64,000 nt of DNA from Candidatus Micrarchaeota archaeon (GCA_038046765.1 JBBSVN010000005.1:32001-96000), one strand, 5' to 3'; numbered from the stretch's first letter, positions 19,178-28,911 are shown. Numbers and translations: made by a program. Notes: generated by a model not told the origin, from the letters alone.

Positions 19178-19803
19178 TCGAGAGAAAAATTAAGGAATTT
19201 TGGAGTGAAGAAGTTACAAGTGCAAGCTGGATAAGGCTGCTTGAGTTATCTAAAAAATACGATTTTATTCTTATTGGTGGATGGTCTGCTTATATGTGGA
19301 CAAAAACTCATAAGTCCAAAGATATTGATATCGTAGTTAATTATCTGAGCCTGGAAGTGTTAAAAGCAGACTTTTCATTAATAAAAAATGAACGGTTGGC
19401 AAAATACGAGATCAAACAAGATAATTTTGACATTGATGTTTATGTTTCTCATTATTCTAAACTTGCATTACCTGTTGAAATCTTAGAAAAACATACTGCA
19501 AAAGTGGAAGGTATAACTACCGTTACACCAGAAATTCTGGTTATCTTAAAGCAGGGTGCAGAGATTGATCGAAGGGGAAGTATAAAAGGAAAGAAGGATC
19601 AAATCGATTTGCTTACTTTGCTTATTTACTCGCCCTTTGATTTTAAAAAATACCTAAATCTAATTGGGGAGTTTAAGATGCAAAACTACAAAGATGAGCT
19701 TGTAAGAGTAGTTAAAGAATTTAACGAAAAAGATATTTCTTACCTTAGTTTTGATCATCAGGAATTTATAAAGTGGAAAAAAGAGTTTTCTAAAAAACTC
19801 TAA
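19174..19803 (+). CDS. Nucleotidyltransferase-fold protein (AbiEii-like)
   Basis: LIGGWS, SKDIDIVV, LK..A, KGKKDQID. Confidence 0.7.
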   Translation: MIERKIKEFWSEEVTSASWIRLLELSKKYDFILIGGWSAYMWTKTHKSKDIDIVVNYLSLEVLKADFSLIKNERLAKYEIKQDNFDIDVYVSHYSKLALPVEILEKHTAKVEGITTVTPEILVILKQGAEIDRRGSIKGKKDQIDLLTLLIYSPFDFKKYLNLIGEFKMQNYKDELVRVVKEFNEKDISYLSFDHQEFIKWKKEFSKKL

Positions 19804-19804
19804 T

Positions 19805-20491
19805 TTATCCCATCAATTCATTTAATATTTCATAAGCTATCTTTGTATCTGCCTGCTTTATTACAAAATTCGTATCTGTATAGCATGAAACAAATTCAAC
19901 AACGTTTATTCCTTCGCTAGCTAATGATTGGAGAATATGTGCAATAACGCCTGGTGTTTCTTCAAGTTCGACTGGGCTGTGCACTGAAACCAGATTTAAA
20001 TTTATTTCGCTGGTTACGATGTTTCGTTTTGAATTTCTATCTATCTTTTCAAATTCTTTCTCATCTATAATGTACGTGATTGTTCCTTTACTCTCCGCGT
20101 AAGAATAATACTTTAGTTTTTCTATTTCTTTAGTTGAAATTACAACTGCAACTTTGCTTCTTATTGTTAAAGAACTTCTTTTTAGTACGTTTAATATTTT
20201 ACCTTCCAAATCTTCTTCTTTTTCTGCATTTTTTTGCGTTAAACGTACAAGTGCCATTTTTATTGCATTCACAAATTGTAAGTTTGATTTCTCATTTTGT
20301 GAAGTTTTGACCGAACCACGGTCAAACTGATTTTCCTTTTTGTTCATTCCAAGTTCAATTGATATTTTTCTAGCTAGGGATGAATAGTTTACTATCCCTT
20401 CACGTATGAGTTCTTTTAGGAACGGTCTTCGTTTAATGTAAAGTCGAACTAGTTCGCTTATTTTTTCGCTAGATTTTGCAGGTTCTTTCAT
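19805..20491 (-). CDS. HTH + ACT-domain protein (contains a 69-nt structured insertion)
   Basis: GIVNYSSLAR, TPGVIAHIL..LASEGINVVEFVSCYTD. Confidence 0.85.
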   Translation of the reverse strand: MKEPAKSSEKISELVRLYIKRRPFLKELIREGIVNYSSLARKISIELGMNKKENQFDRGSVKTSQNEKSNLQFVNAIKMALVRLTQKNAEKEEDLEGKILNVLKRSSLTIRSKVAVVISTKEIEKLKYYSYAESKGTITYIIDEKEFEKIDRNSKRNIVTSEINLNLVSVHSPVELEETPGVIAHILQSLASEGINVVEFVSCYTDTNFVIKQADTKIAYEILNELMG

Positions 20492-20573
20492 GTTACAAAT
20501 AGAACAGTAGTGTATTAAAATATAACAGTTGTTACGAAAAGTTTAAATGTGCGTTTTTGTGCATTAGTAGCTG

Positions 20574-21827
20574 GTGATATTTGTGTCAGTAGTAAATTTA
20601 GCAATGGAATTAGGAAAGTTAAAAATGGTAAGTAGCAAGGATCCAAAAGAACAGTTTGCAAAAAAAGCAACTTTTGCTGCGGGATTTCTAATGCTGGAGC
20701 AGTTATTTAAGTCAGCTGGTGCAGATGTTTTTTACATTGATGGGAAAGGGGATAAACACAAGCAAGTCGAAAGCGTGGAAACTCCATATAAAACAATTGT
20801 AGCAGCTAAGGGAAACCCAGAAAAGATATTTACTGGACATATTGATGTAGTTCCAGGCAATGAATCACAGTTTGAGCCAAAGCAAGAAGAGGATAAATTA
20901 ATCATGCGTGGAGCATGCGATATGCTAGCCCCTGTTGCTGCAATGGCGCATGCTTTTGAGGAAACTAAAGCTGATAATGTTTGGTTTGCACTAAGTGATA
21001 GCGAGGAAATCGGAGAAATGCCTGGCGGAATTATTACTTTCGTAAAACTTTACGAACATCTGCTAAAGCAACATGCAGAATTTGTATGCGACCCGGATGG
21101 TGGAAACGGTGAAATTGTTTTAGGACAAAAAGCAGTTAAATTAATCAAGTTAATTGCAACTGGCAAAAATGCACATGCTTCAAAACCATCTCAAGGATCT
21201 AATGCAATTCTTCTATTAGCTCAACAAATTATTTATCTAAATCAGTTTTTGAACGGTTCACCTGCTGGATTTATTGGAGTTCGTGAAGGGAGTACTAATT
21301 CTCACGATGTGGATGATGTCACCTCAACGGTTGTAACTTTTAACGGAGGAAAACAAAAAAATCAAGTTCCAGCTTATGCTCAAGCCGAAGTAGACCTTCG
21401 TTTCTGGCCCGAGCAGGAGAAAAAAATATTAGCTATCTTGTCTAATACGCATTTTGGTTCAGACATACTATCCATATTTTCTGGAATAAATGTCGAAGAA
21501 ATATTCTCAATTCCGGGTTGGATTGCCAAAGACACTAAACAAATAGAATATCTAGCTACGCTTATGCATAAATTTGGGATGCCAGTTACACAATCGTTGA
21601 GTACAGGAAATTCAGATGCTTCGCTCTTTGCAGATATTGCGCCAATATTAATGGTTCGTCCAATATCTGCCAATCAGCATGGGCCAGAGGAATGGGTGGA
21701 TACTCTTTCACTTATTGCCTTTAATCGATTAATGGGTGCGTTAATGACTGATGCTATTGCTAACAATACTTTTGTTAATACTGGGATGTATATTGTCGAT
21801 TCGTACGGTCATCATTACGGAAGATAA
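20574..21827 (+). CDS. M20/DapE-ArgE family metallopeptidase
   Basis: GHIDVVP, RGACDM, SEE, GKNAHAS, NQVP, HGPEEWV. Confidence 0.85.
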   Translation: MIFVSVVNLAMELGKLKMVSSKDPKEQFAKKATFAAGFLMLEQLFKSAGADVFYIDGKGDKHKQVESVETPYKTIVAAKGNPEKIFTGHIDVVPGNESQFEPKQEEDKLIMRGACDMLAPVAAMAHAFEETKADNVWFALSDSEEIGEMPGGIITFVKLYEHLLKQHAEFVCDPDGGNGEIVLGQKAVKLIKLIATGKNAHASKPSQGSNAILLLAQQIIYLNQFLNGSPAGFIGVREGSTNSHDVDDVTSTVVTFNGGKQKNQVPAYAQAEVDLRFWPEQEKKILAILSNTHFGSDILSIFSGINVEEIFSIPGWIAKDTKQIEYLATLMHKFGMPVTQSLSTGNSDASLFADIAPILMVRPISANQHGPEEWVDTLSLIAFNRLMGALMTDAIANNTFVNTGMYIVDSYGHHYGR

Positions 21828-21884
21828 CTTGCAATTTGGGAGTTTGTAATAAATCTTGCTGAACTCTTAATCTAAAAAGGGGTA

Positions 21885-22529
21885 TTATTCATCCCAAACT
21901 CTAGGAATGCATCTTTCTGCTAGTATAATCAGTTGTCCTCTAGTTTCTAAGTCATCCCTTAATTCTTGCATTTCTAAATGTGAATTGTGCATTTTTACAT
22001 CTGCAATTTTAAAAAGTAACTGTGCTAATCTAAATCCTAGTTCAATATTTTCTATTAAGAAAAGCCCTAGTGCTGTGCTTAAATCATCTGGTAGATAGGG
22101 GATTGTGAGCGGAACTGAATAACCTGCAAATCTCTTTTGTCCCCTAAAATCATGATATTCAAGTTCAAATTGTGATAATTCAAAGTGATCGTTAAAAATT
22201 CGGTTTAGCGTTTCAACTATATTATCTTTACTATTACGCGCATTTATTAAAAAACTTAGTTTGGCCTTAAAGTTGAAATCTTTTTTATCTTCCATCTGAG
22301 TTAAAGATATTCCAAAAGCTCCTGCATCAATTTCACTATATGGCAATGGCCTGTTTCCGCGTTCTTCTGGCAGCACTTGAGCCATTGTTGTGTGTGCTGT
22401 AATTAATCCACCTATCATACCTGATTGTGCAAATCCAAGTCTATCTAAAACAGTTCGAAGTTCTTCATGTTTTTCGTTTGGTACTTTTAATACTCTTGAT
22501 CTAGGTAATAGAATACTTGCCTGTGACAT
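21885..22529 (-). CDS. Hypothetical protein
   Basis: ORF with GGTGA RBS. Confidence 0.55.
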   Translation of the reverse strand: MSQASILLPRSRVLKVPNEKHEELRTVLDRLGFAQSGMIGGLITAHTTMAQVLPEERGNRPLPYSEIDAGAFGISLTQMEDKKDFNFKAKLSFLINARNSKDNIVETLNRIFNDHFELSQFELEYHDFRGQKRFAGYSVPLTIPYLPDDLSTALGLFLIENIELGFRLAQLLFKIADVKMHNSHLEMQELRDDLETRGQLIILAERCIPRVWDE

Positions 22530-22599
22530 TTAGTTTTCACCTAGTTATAAATATTATAAGAATAAGTTTATTAATGTTGTGAAAAAAGTTAAAAAAAGA

Positions 22600-22642
22600 A
22601 AGCTACCTGCCCAGTGCTCAATAGCCCAAGGCTCAAAGCCAA
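22600..22642. repeat. Degenerate heptamer tandem repeat
   Basis: aagctac ctgccca gtgctca atagccca aggctca aagccaa. Confidence 0.55.
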
Positions 22643-24022
22643 TCACACATTCCAGTATCTTTCCATTTCCCATGCGCTTATGCTTTTTTGGCTGTCCTTG
22701 AACTCTTGCAATTTCGAGTCTAAATAATCTCCAAGAAGTTCAGTTGGAATAACTCCCTTAATAAATTTAGGATCAGTTTCCAGTGCTTCGACTGCTTCGT
22801 ATAACGTGTTTGGCAACTTATTCCATTTCCTTTTCTTTGCCTCTTCTTCATTTTCGCTTAATGGGTCACCTGGATCTATTTTATTCTTAATTCCATCAAT
22901 TCCGGCAGCGATTATTGCTGAATAAGCCAAGTATGGATTTACTGAAGGATCGGCATTGTTAAACACAACTCGCTTTACTTCCTTTGCATTTTTCTTTGTA
23001 AATGGTGCGAGTACTAATGCCTTTCTGTTATCTTTGCTCCAGCCAACAACTTTTTTATCCATTGTCATTCTTTTATAGGAATTTGTTGTCGGGTTGGTAA
23101 ATAAACAAAGTGCTGCTGCGTGTTCTAAAATTCCGCCAATATAATATCTTCCAGCTTGGCTTAGTTGGGAATACTCATCAGTTCCATCATAAAACATGTT
23201 ACTATCTGCTGTTTTCCATAAGCTCTGGTGAATTGCAAGAGAACTTCCTTTTTCTCCTTTAACTGGGTATGGCATAAATGTTGCGCCCGCGTTAACTGCG
23301 TTAGCGAGGTTTCTTACAACAAATTTTAATGTCGAGATCGCATCCGAAGCTGTTTTCATAGTATACTCTTGTATATCTATATTTTGTTGCCCTGTTGGTG
23401 ATCTACCATGCCTGTGTCCATCAACAAAAAATCCAAATGCATCTTCCATTGTTTCAGCAATCTGGTTTCGTGCAGCGTATAAACTATCATAAGGTTGCGA
23501 TACAAATGCGCCATTTCTTACTCCAGATAATGGCGATGGGTTCCAAGAAGCTTCCCTAGTATCTACTATTGTTCCAGCTCCTCTTTCTGAGGTTGTTCTA
23601 TCTGTAGTTACTGTTTCAAAAATATAAAACTCTAAACTTGCACCTATCTTCGCGCTTTTTATTCCGATTGCGCTTAAGTTTGTCTCGACTCGTTCGCTAA
23701 CATATCTACAATCCTTGGGGTATCTCTCTGTATTGGGGTTCGTTACAACATCACATAATAATCTTATTGAACTAGGCTCCCATGGCAATCTTGCAACTGT
23801 GTTTGCATCGGGTAAAAGTGCCAGTTCCCCCTGTTCGCTTCTTCCAAAAACGTCGTACAAATCTGCGGCTGCAATTCCTTTACTAAACATTTGTTCATCA
23901 ACATCCCGGTTCGAGATTGTTGTTTTGTGCATTAATCCGTTAACATCAAAAAACTGTAAGTCGACCCATCGTATTTCGTTTGTTGCTATATACTTTAATA
24001 CTTCATCAACAGAGGTCATCAT
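22643..24022 (-). CDS. Glutamine synthetase type I homologue with degenerate active site
   Basis: WVDLQFFD, LLPD, ATFMPYP, YYIGGILEHA, NSYKR, DPSVNPYLA; start reassigned to ATG after AGGTGA. Confidence 0.88.
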   Translation of the reverse strand: MMTSVDEVLKYIATNEIRWVDLQFFDVNGLMHKTTISNRDVDEQMFSKGIAAADLYDVFGRSEQGELALLPDANTVARLPWEPSSIRLLCDVVTNPNTERYPKDCRYVSERVETNLSAIGIKSAKIGASLEFYIFETVTTDRTTSERGAGTIVDTREASWNPSPLSGVRNGAFVSQPYDSLYAARNQIAETMEDAFGFFVDGHRHGRSPTGQQNIDIQEYTMKTASDAISTLKFVVRNLANAVNAGATFMPYPVKGEKGSSLAIHQSLWKTADSNMFYDGTDEYSQLSQAGRYYIGGILEHAAALCLFTNPTTNSYKRMTMDKKVVGWSKDNRKALVLAPFTKKNAKEVKRVVFNNADPSVNPYLAYSAIIAAGIDGIKNKIDPGDPLSENEEEAKKRKWNKLPNTLYEAVEALETDPKFIKGVIPTELLGDYLDSKLQEFKDSQKSISAWEMERYWNV

Positions 24023-24083
24023 TATCACCTGATTAGTAGTGAGTGTTAGACGATTACATTGTTTAAATATGTTTGTGTCACAA

Positions 24084-24816
24084 TTATTTCCCAAACCTTC
24101 TCATTCTGTTTGCGTATTCTTTTAATGCATCATCAAAATCTGCCTTTGTAAAATCCGGCCAGAGCTTTTTAGAAAAATATAATTCACTGTAACTAGTTTG
24201 CCAAGACATTAAACCGCTTAATCTTTCTTCGCCCGAAGTTCGGATAACTAAATCTGGATGTGGCAAGCTTGCTGTGTATAAATTCTCCTCAATTATTTTT
24301 TCATCTACTTTTTTTATTCCCTTAGAAATGATCTGATTTACTGCATCAACTATCTCCTGTCGTCCACCGTAAGCTAGTAAAAGATTTAGCTGATATTCAG
24401 TATTTTGTTTGCTTAATTCTTCAGCTTTTTTTATCATTTCTTGTATCTTGACTGGAAACAAACCAAGTCTTCCAAAGAATCGCACGCGAACATTATATTT
24501 ACCCTTTTCATCGCTCATTATCGCTTTTTTAAGATTATCAGTAAATAGTTCAAAAAGAGTTGAAACTTCATTTTCATCGCGATCAAAGTTTTCTGTACTA
24601 AAGCCCCACATTGTAAGCATTTTAACTTCTGATTCTTTGCACCATTTTAAAACTTCCCCAATGTGCCCGATGCCTGTTGCGTATCCTTCTTTTATGCTTT
24701 TTTTATTTTCTTTAGCCCATCTCCGGTTTATGGCTATATAGTTTTTTATTCTATAAAGAACTAATTTTTCCATCCGGGATAATGGCTATATGTTTTGGTA
24801 CTTCTTTTTCATCCAT
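24084..24816 (-). CDS. uppS: Polyprenyl (undecaprenyl) diphosphate synthase, split: join(24768..24816, 24084..24727)
   Basis: Exon 1 MDEKEVPKHIAIIPDG + exon 2 NRRWAKE...FSTENF...YGGRQE...IRTSGEERLS...RRFG. Confidence 0.92.
24728..24767 (-). other. Candidate 40-nt BHB/BHL-type mRNA intron in uppS
   Basis: Outer helix CCGG/CCGG, central helix AUGG/CCAU, AAA bulges; cutting after the 2nd bulge nucleotide gives GAU GGA AAC CGG (D-G-N-R). Confidence 0.85.
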
Positions 24817-25774
24817 GTTTCTTTAACCCCCTATCTATTAATTTTAATGAATTAAAATTATCAATAAATTTGAGTATGTCTGCCTGATTTTGTATCACTA
24901 ATATACTGGCTGTTGTAATTTTTCCATTTCTTATTCCATTATCCTTGTAAATATGCGGTCTTTCAATTCCCATTTTTATTAATATTTCTAAACATTCCTC
25001 TAATATTCTTTTGTTGTGTTGCTTTATGGATATTCTTCTTACTTTGTTTTTAACTATGCTTACACTACCATCTGCATCAAAAAACCCAGCTAAAAAGTAT
25101 TTTTGTAATTCTAAGTTATTTAATATCTTCGGGACATTTGTTTTTTCCTTTTTATTTCCTGTTGGAATTTGGCAAATTTTAGTTAGAAAAAGGTGGATTA
25201 CTTTTGATCGTCCGATCAATCTGTAAAAATTATGCTCCTTAAATAAGGGCGGTTTGTAAGCAAATAACTTGATAAATATCTCTTGTAGATATTCTAAATG
25301 ATGTTTATCAATTGTTGTAATTCGAATCTCTGCGTTATACTTTGATCCATTTCCTATCGTATCATTGGGGTTAGCTAAATGTCCATCACCCATAATATAT
25401 CCTAACAAATAAGCAAGTGACGAATCAATTTGTTTAGGTAAAATGTATTTTTTTGTATTCGTTCCACCTAAATATGTTATTTTTTTGTATAATTCTAGTT
25501 CAGTAATCTGGAGTATTTCTGCTAATTTCAATAATTCCGAAATTGGTATTCCTACATCTCTTTTCGCATCCCCTAACCAGTTTATTATATTCTTGTATTT
25601 GTTGTTACTCATTTTAGCTATTTCTTTGTAAGTATTTTTTCCGAACTTAGTTTTTAAATAATTTTTTATGCTATAAGCTCGTACTTCGTCGTTTCCCTTT
25701 TCCTTAGTTATTTTAAGGTCTTGAATATAACTTCCAAGCTCTATAACTGGGTTCTTGTCCACCATATCAATCAA
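24809..25774 (-). CDS. Free-standing LAGLIDADG homing-endonuclease-like protein with N-terminal HTH
   Basis: YLLGYIMGDG and FLAGFFDADG motifs; no intein splicing termini; AT-rich. Confidence 0.85.
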   Translation of the reverse strand: MIDMVDKNPVIELGSYIQDLKITKEKGNDEVRAYSIKNYLKTKFGKNTYKEIAKMSNNKYKNIINWLGDAKRDVGIPISELLKLAEILQITELELYKKITYLGGTNTKKYILPKQIDSSLAYLLGYIMGDGHLANPNDTIGNGSKYNAEIRITTIDKHHLEYLQEIFIKLFAYKPPLFKEHNFYRLIGRSKVIHLFLTKICQIPTGNKKEKTNVPKILNNLELQKYFLAGFFDADGSVSIVKNKVRRISIKQHNKRILEECLEILIKMGIERPHIYKDNGIRNGKITTASILVIQNQADILKFIDNFNSLKLIDRGLKKHG

Positions 25775-25793
25775 ATAGAATTAGAAACTACGT

Positions 25794-26834
25794 TTAATAA
25801 ATAATTTTGCTAAGCATGTCCTTCTCTTTCGCAAGTTTTAATTCCATTGCCATTCTTTTACCCATACTCATTGGTTCATTATAATAATAAGTTGAATATG
25901 GTGAACCATCAACATAAACATTTGTTCCAGCTACTATTCTAGCTGATACTTCAAATGCATAAATGTCCAAGTCCTCGGTAATCATTGTTTCAATACAATA
26001 CGGGCCATATAATCCGTTAAATAAATCAAAGGAAGAATCGCTTATTCTTTTTCCCATTTCCATATAATCGCTAAGAAGGGATTCTCTTAAAACTAATGGC
26101 TCGTTTCCAATTACTGTAAATGCCATGTCGCTTTTTACTCCTGCGCTTACTGCACGAGCGATTTCATCAGCACTACTTTCAACTCGTCTATCTACACCTA
26201 AAATTTCTATCCTCCCGTTTTTTGTTTTATATCCGTAATTAGAAAATGGTGAAAAGAAATAATGCGGGTAAGCGCGTACTCCAACTAAAAATTCTTGGAT
26301 CATACATTCTTTATCTCCTACGCGTTTTTCAAATTCTTTGTAAGAATTTACTATGATGTATCCGCGTCCGCCTTTAGCTCCAGGGAATTTTACAAAAGCA
26401 GGTCCGTCTATTTCCTCCGGCTTATATACTTTTGGAGTTTTTAGTTTTGCTTTTTTTAGCCATTCGAACATTTTGTCCCGTGAACTTTCCCACTCGATAC
26501 TTTTCCGGTTTCCGTAAATCGGAACTTTTATATCTGAAAATTTTCCCTGTGTGTATTCAATCAGGCTTCCATGTGGTATTAATATTGCTTCATTTGCAAC
26601 TAGTTCGTCTTCGGGGATATTTGCGTAATCATCACAAACTATAAATTCGTCCGGTCGTCCTAGGGGAAATGATTCGTAAAGCTCTTTCTTATCTTTTTTT
26701 ACAATTCCAATTGTCTTTATTCCTAAGGCTCGCGCCCCTTTAAATATCTGAAGTGAAGAATGAGAACAAATTGTCGCTATTTTAAAATTCTTATACTCAG
26801 AAAGTATTTTATCAATTTCTCTTTTTGTTACCAT
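25794..26834 (-). CDS. purP: PurP family ATP-grasp protein (FAICAR synthetase)
   Basis: ATICSHSSLQI, IPHGS, GAKGGRGY, DRRVES, GPYCIE, FEVSARIVAGTN. Confidence 0.9.
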   Translation of the reverse strand: MVTKREIDKILSEYKNFKIATICSHSSLQIFKGARALGIKTIGIVKKDKKELYESFPLGRPDEFIVCDDYANIPEDELVANEAILIPHGSLIEYTQGKFSDIKVPIYGNRKSIEWESSRDKMFEWLKKAKLKTPKVYKPEEIDGPAFVKFPGAKGGRGYIIVNSYKEFEKRVGDKECMIQEFLVGVRAYPHYFFSPFSNYGYKTKNGRIEILGVDRRVESSADEIARAVSAGVKSDMAFTVIGNEPLVLRESLLSDYMEMGKRISDSSFDLFNGLYGPYCIETMITEDLDIYAFEVSARIVAGTNVYVDGSPYSTYYYNEPMSMGKRMAMELKLAKEKDMLSKIIY

Positions 26835-26903
26835 ATATTATATCATCTTTATCTGTTTAAAAAGGTTGTTATTGTAAATATTTTATCTCTATTCTATTAG
26901 TTT

Positions 26904-27863
26904 TTGCTAAATTTTACTCTTTTAAACAAAAGTGATAAGTATTTAAAATATATGGAGGTAAATAACTTTATGACTAGAAACCGAACCCTATGTAATACTC
27001 CAGTTCATGCTACTTCTAGGTCTTATGTTAATTTAAGGTCTAGCGACAAAATTGAGCTATTACGAAAAGGTCTTGGAAAAAAATTACTTGTTGACGTTAA
27101 TCTTGCTAATTTAGTTCGTGATTTATCAGCTACGCCAGAAGGAAAACGAGAACTTCTAAAGGCGTATTACGATCATGTTTCTGGTAATTTAGATCAAGTT
27201 TTTGGTGTTGAAACTGCACATTACGTTGCACTTTATCAAGCCATATCTGGTTCTAGATATTTTTTCGAAGGAAATATCCGAATTTTAGATCCTAGTTGTG
27301 GTACTGGCGAGCTCGCATCTATTTTACTAGGTAAAGTTTGGCGTGATGTAAATGATTCATCTATTAATGGTCCTTTTATTACACCAGCTAATCCGCCCGA
27401 ATTAGTTTTATCTGATCTTTCAGGAAGAATGGTCGTCAGAACAAAACAAAAAATTAGGGGGTTACTTAATCGCAGAAAGGAAATGCGAAGACGAATACAT
27501 ATGGAACAAAAAGATCTTTATACTTATAATCCTCAAGAAGATGGTAAGTTTGATATTGTTATGATGTCTCAATCCTTACCTTTCTTAACTGACCAGGAAC
27601 ATGCACTTAAGATTGTTTTTGATATTTTAAAACAAGGAGGGAGATTTTTTTTAATCGAAGAAGATCATTTTGTTATTAGTTCAGGTACTTCTATTAGTCC
27701 ATATAAATTTATTTATGACATTATTAGTCCACCCTCTAATCGAAACCCTCCAGATGTTATTCGTCATATGGCCGAACAAGTCGGTTTTATTTCCCGCAAT
27801 CGCGTGACTGCGCAAATAGATTCGGATCATAGTTTTTGTGCGCATTCTTTTTTAAGACCTTAA
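26904..27863 (+). CDS. Class I SAM-dependent methyltransferase
   Basis: ILDPSCGTG, DLSGRM, FDIV, LKQGG. Confidence 0.8.
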   Translation: MLNFTLLNKSDKYLKYMEVNNFMTRNRTLCNTPVHATSRSYVNLRSSDKIELLRKGLGKKLLVDVNLANLVRDLSATPEGKRELLKAYYDHVSGNLDQVFGVETAHYVALYQAISGSRYFFEGNIRILDPSCGTGELASILLGKVWRDVNDSSINGPFITPANPPELVLSDLSGRMVVRTKQKIRGLLNRRKEMRRRIHMEQKDLYTYNPQEDGKFDIVMMSQSLPFLTDQEHALKIVFDILKQGGRFFLIEEDHFVISSGTSISPYKFIYDIISPPSNRNPPDVIRHMAEQVGFISRNRVTAQIDSDHSFCAHSFLRP

Positions 27864-27864
27864 T

Positions 27865-28353
27865 TTAACCTAGCGGGTTGTAGTCATAAGGTTGCTTATA
27901 TGTAAATAATATTATTGAAGTGTTTGTCCTGATTATATCTGAATTTTCAATTATTTTTCTTTGAACCTGACTCATCTCATCTCTGTCCTTGACTCTAAAT
28001 AATGCCGCAACGTCATAATTTCCAGTTATTGCGTATAATGCCTGTATTTGTGGTATTTTTGTTATGCTTTCAAGTTGTTTTAAATCTCCGGTTCTTCCTT
28101 TTTTTACCTTCATGAGTACAAGTGCATGAGTATCCCAACCCAATTTTCTAAAATCAATATCTATTGAATATTTTTTTATTACTTTTTGTTCCTCCAGTTT
28201 CTTGATTCTTTGTATTAATGTGTTCGGGTGAGACCCCACTTTCTGAGCTAGTTTTCTTATTGATTGTTTGCTATCTTGCCTAAGTTCTCTTAATATTGCT
28301 AAATCTATCGCATCTGCAACAAACTCTATATTACTTTTTGTCATGTTAATCAC
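27865..28353 (-). CDS. Lrp/AsnC transcriptional regulator
   Basis: DAIDLAILRELRQDS HTH, RIKKLEEQKVI, ITGNYD. Confidence 0.92.
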   Translation of the reverse strand: MINMTKSNIEFVADAIDLAILRELRQDSKQSIRKLAQKVGSHPNTLIQRIKKLEEQKVIKKYSIDIDFRKLGWDTHALVLMKVKKGRTGDLKQLESITKIPQIQALYAITGNYDVAALFRVKDRDEMSQVQRKIIENSDIIRTNTSIILFTYKQPYDYNPLG

Positions 28354-28481
28354 TCTTATATAAATAGTCCTAATAATATGTTTTTGTATGTTCTTTTTTT
28401 AAATACATTGTTATTTTTTCACAGTATTTTATACAAAATATATAAATATTCCACTTTTCTAAAGCGTTTTAGGTGTAAACT

Positions 28482-28901
28482 ATGAGGAGTGTAACTATCT
28501 TAGCGCCGGACCGAGAGGGTCTTCTAGCAGATATATCTTATGTTCTTGGTAAATCAAACATTAATATCGAATCATTGAATGTTGATGTTCTTGGGAACAG
28601 AGCAATTATCTCTATACTGGTTAAGGATCAGAAAAGGGCAACTACTGTTCTGCAACAAAATGGTTTTGAAACTGCAGAAAATTCACCTTTAGTAATTAAG
28701 GTTCCAAACAATCCGGAAGCACTGCCTCAAATTGTTGCGCGTTTAGATCAGCAAAAAGTACATGTTGAAGAGCTGCTTATGCTTGGCAATGATTCATCTA
28801 TAGGTATATTTGCAATAAATGTAGATAAACCAAGAAAAGCCGTAAAAATCCTTAACGATGTTTTAATTAATCCTAATATTGCGACATTACAATTTCAATA
28901 A
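28482..28901 (+). CDS. Tandem ACT-domain protein
   Basis: DREGLLADISYVLGKSNINI; second ACT-like repeat. Confidence 0.85.
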   Translation: MRSVTILAPDREGLLADISYVLGKSNINIESLNVDVLGNRAIISILVKDQKRATTVLQQNGFETAENSPLVIKVPNNPEALPQIVARLDQQKVHVEELLMLGNDSSIGIFAINVDKPRKAVKILNDVLINPNIATLQFQ

Positions 28902-28911
28902 ACTGATTTTG

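Noticed and set aside
24023..24094. N-terminal extension of the glnA-like ORF
   Set aside because: A clear AGGTGA RBS precedes the ATG at 24022, and the extension overlaps uppS.
24084..24773. ORF-track N-terminus MEKLVLYRIKNYIAI for uppS
   Set aside because: It reads through the insertion and lacks the conserved HIAIIPDG catalytic segment, which is encoded upstream in another frame.
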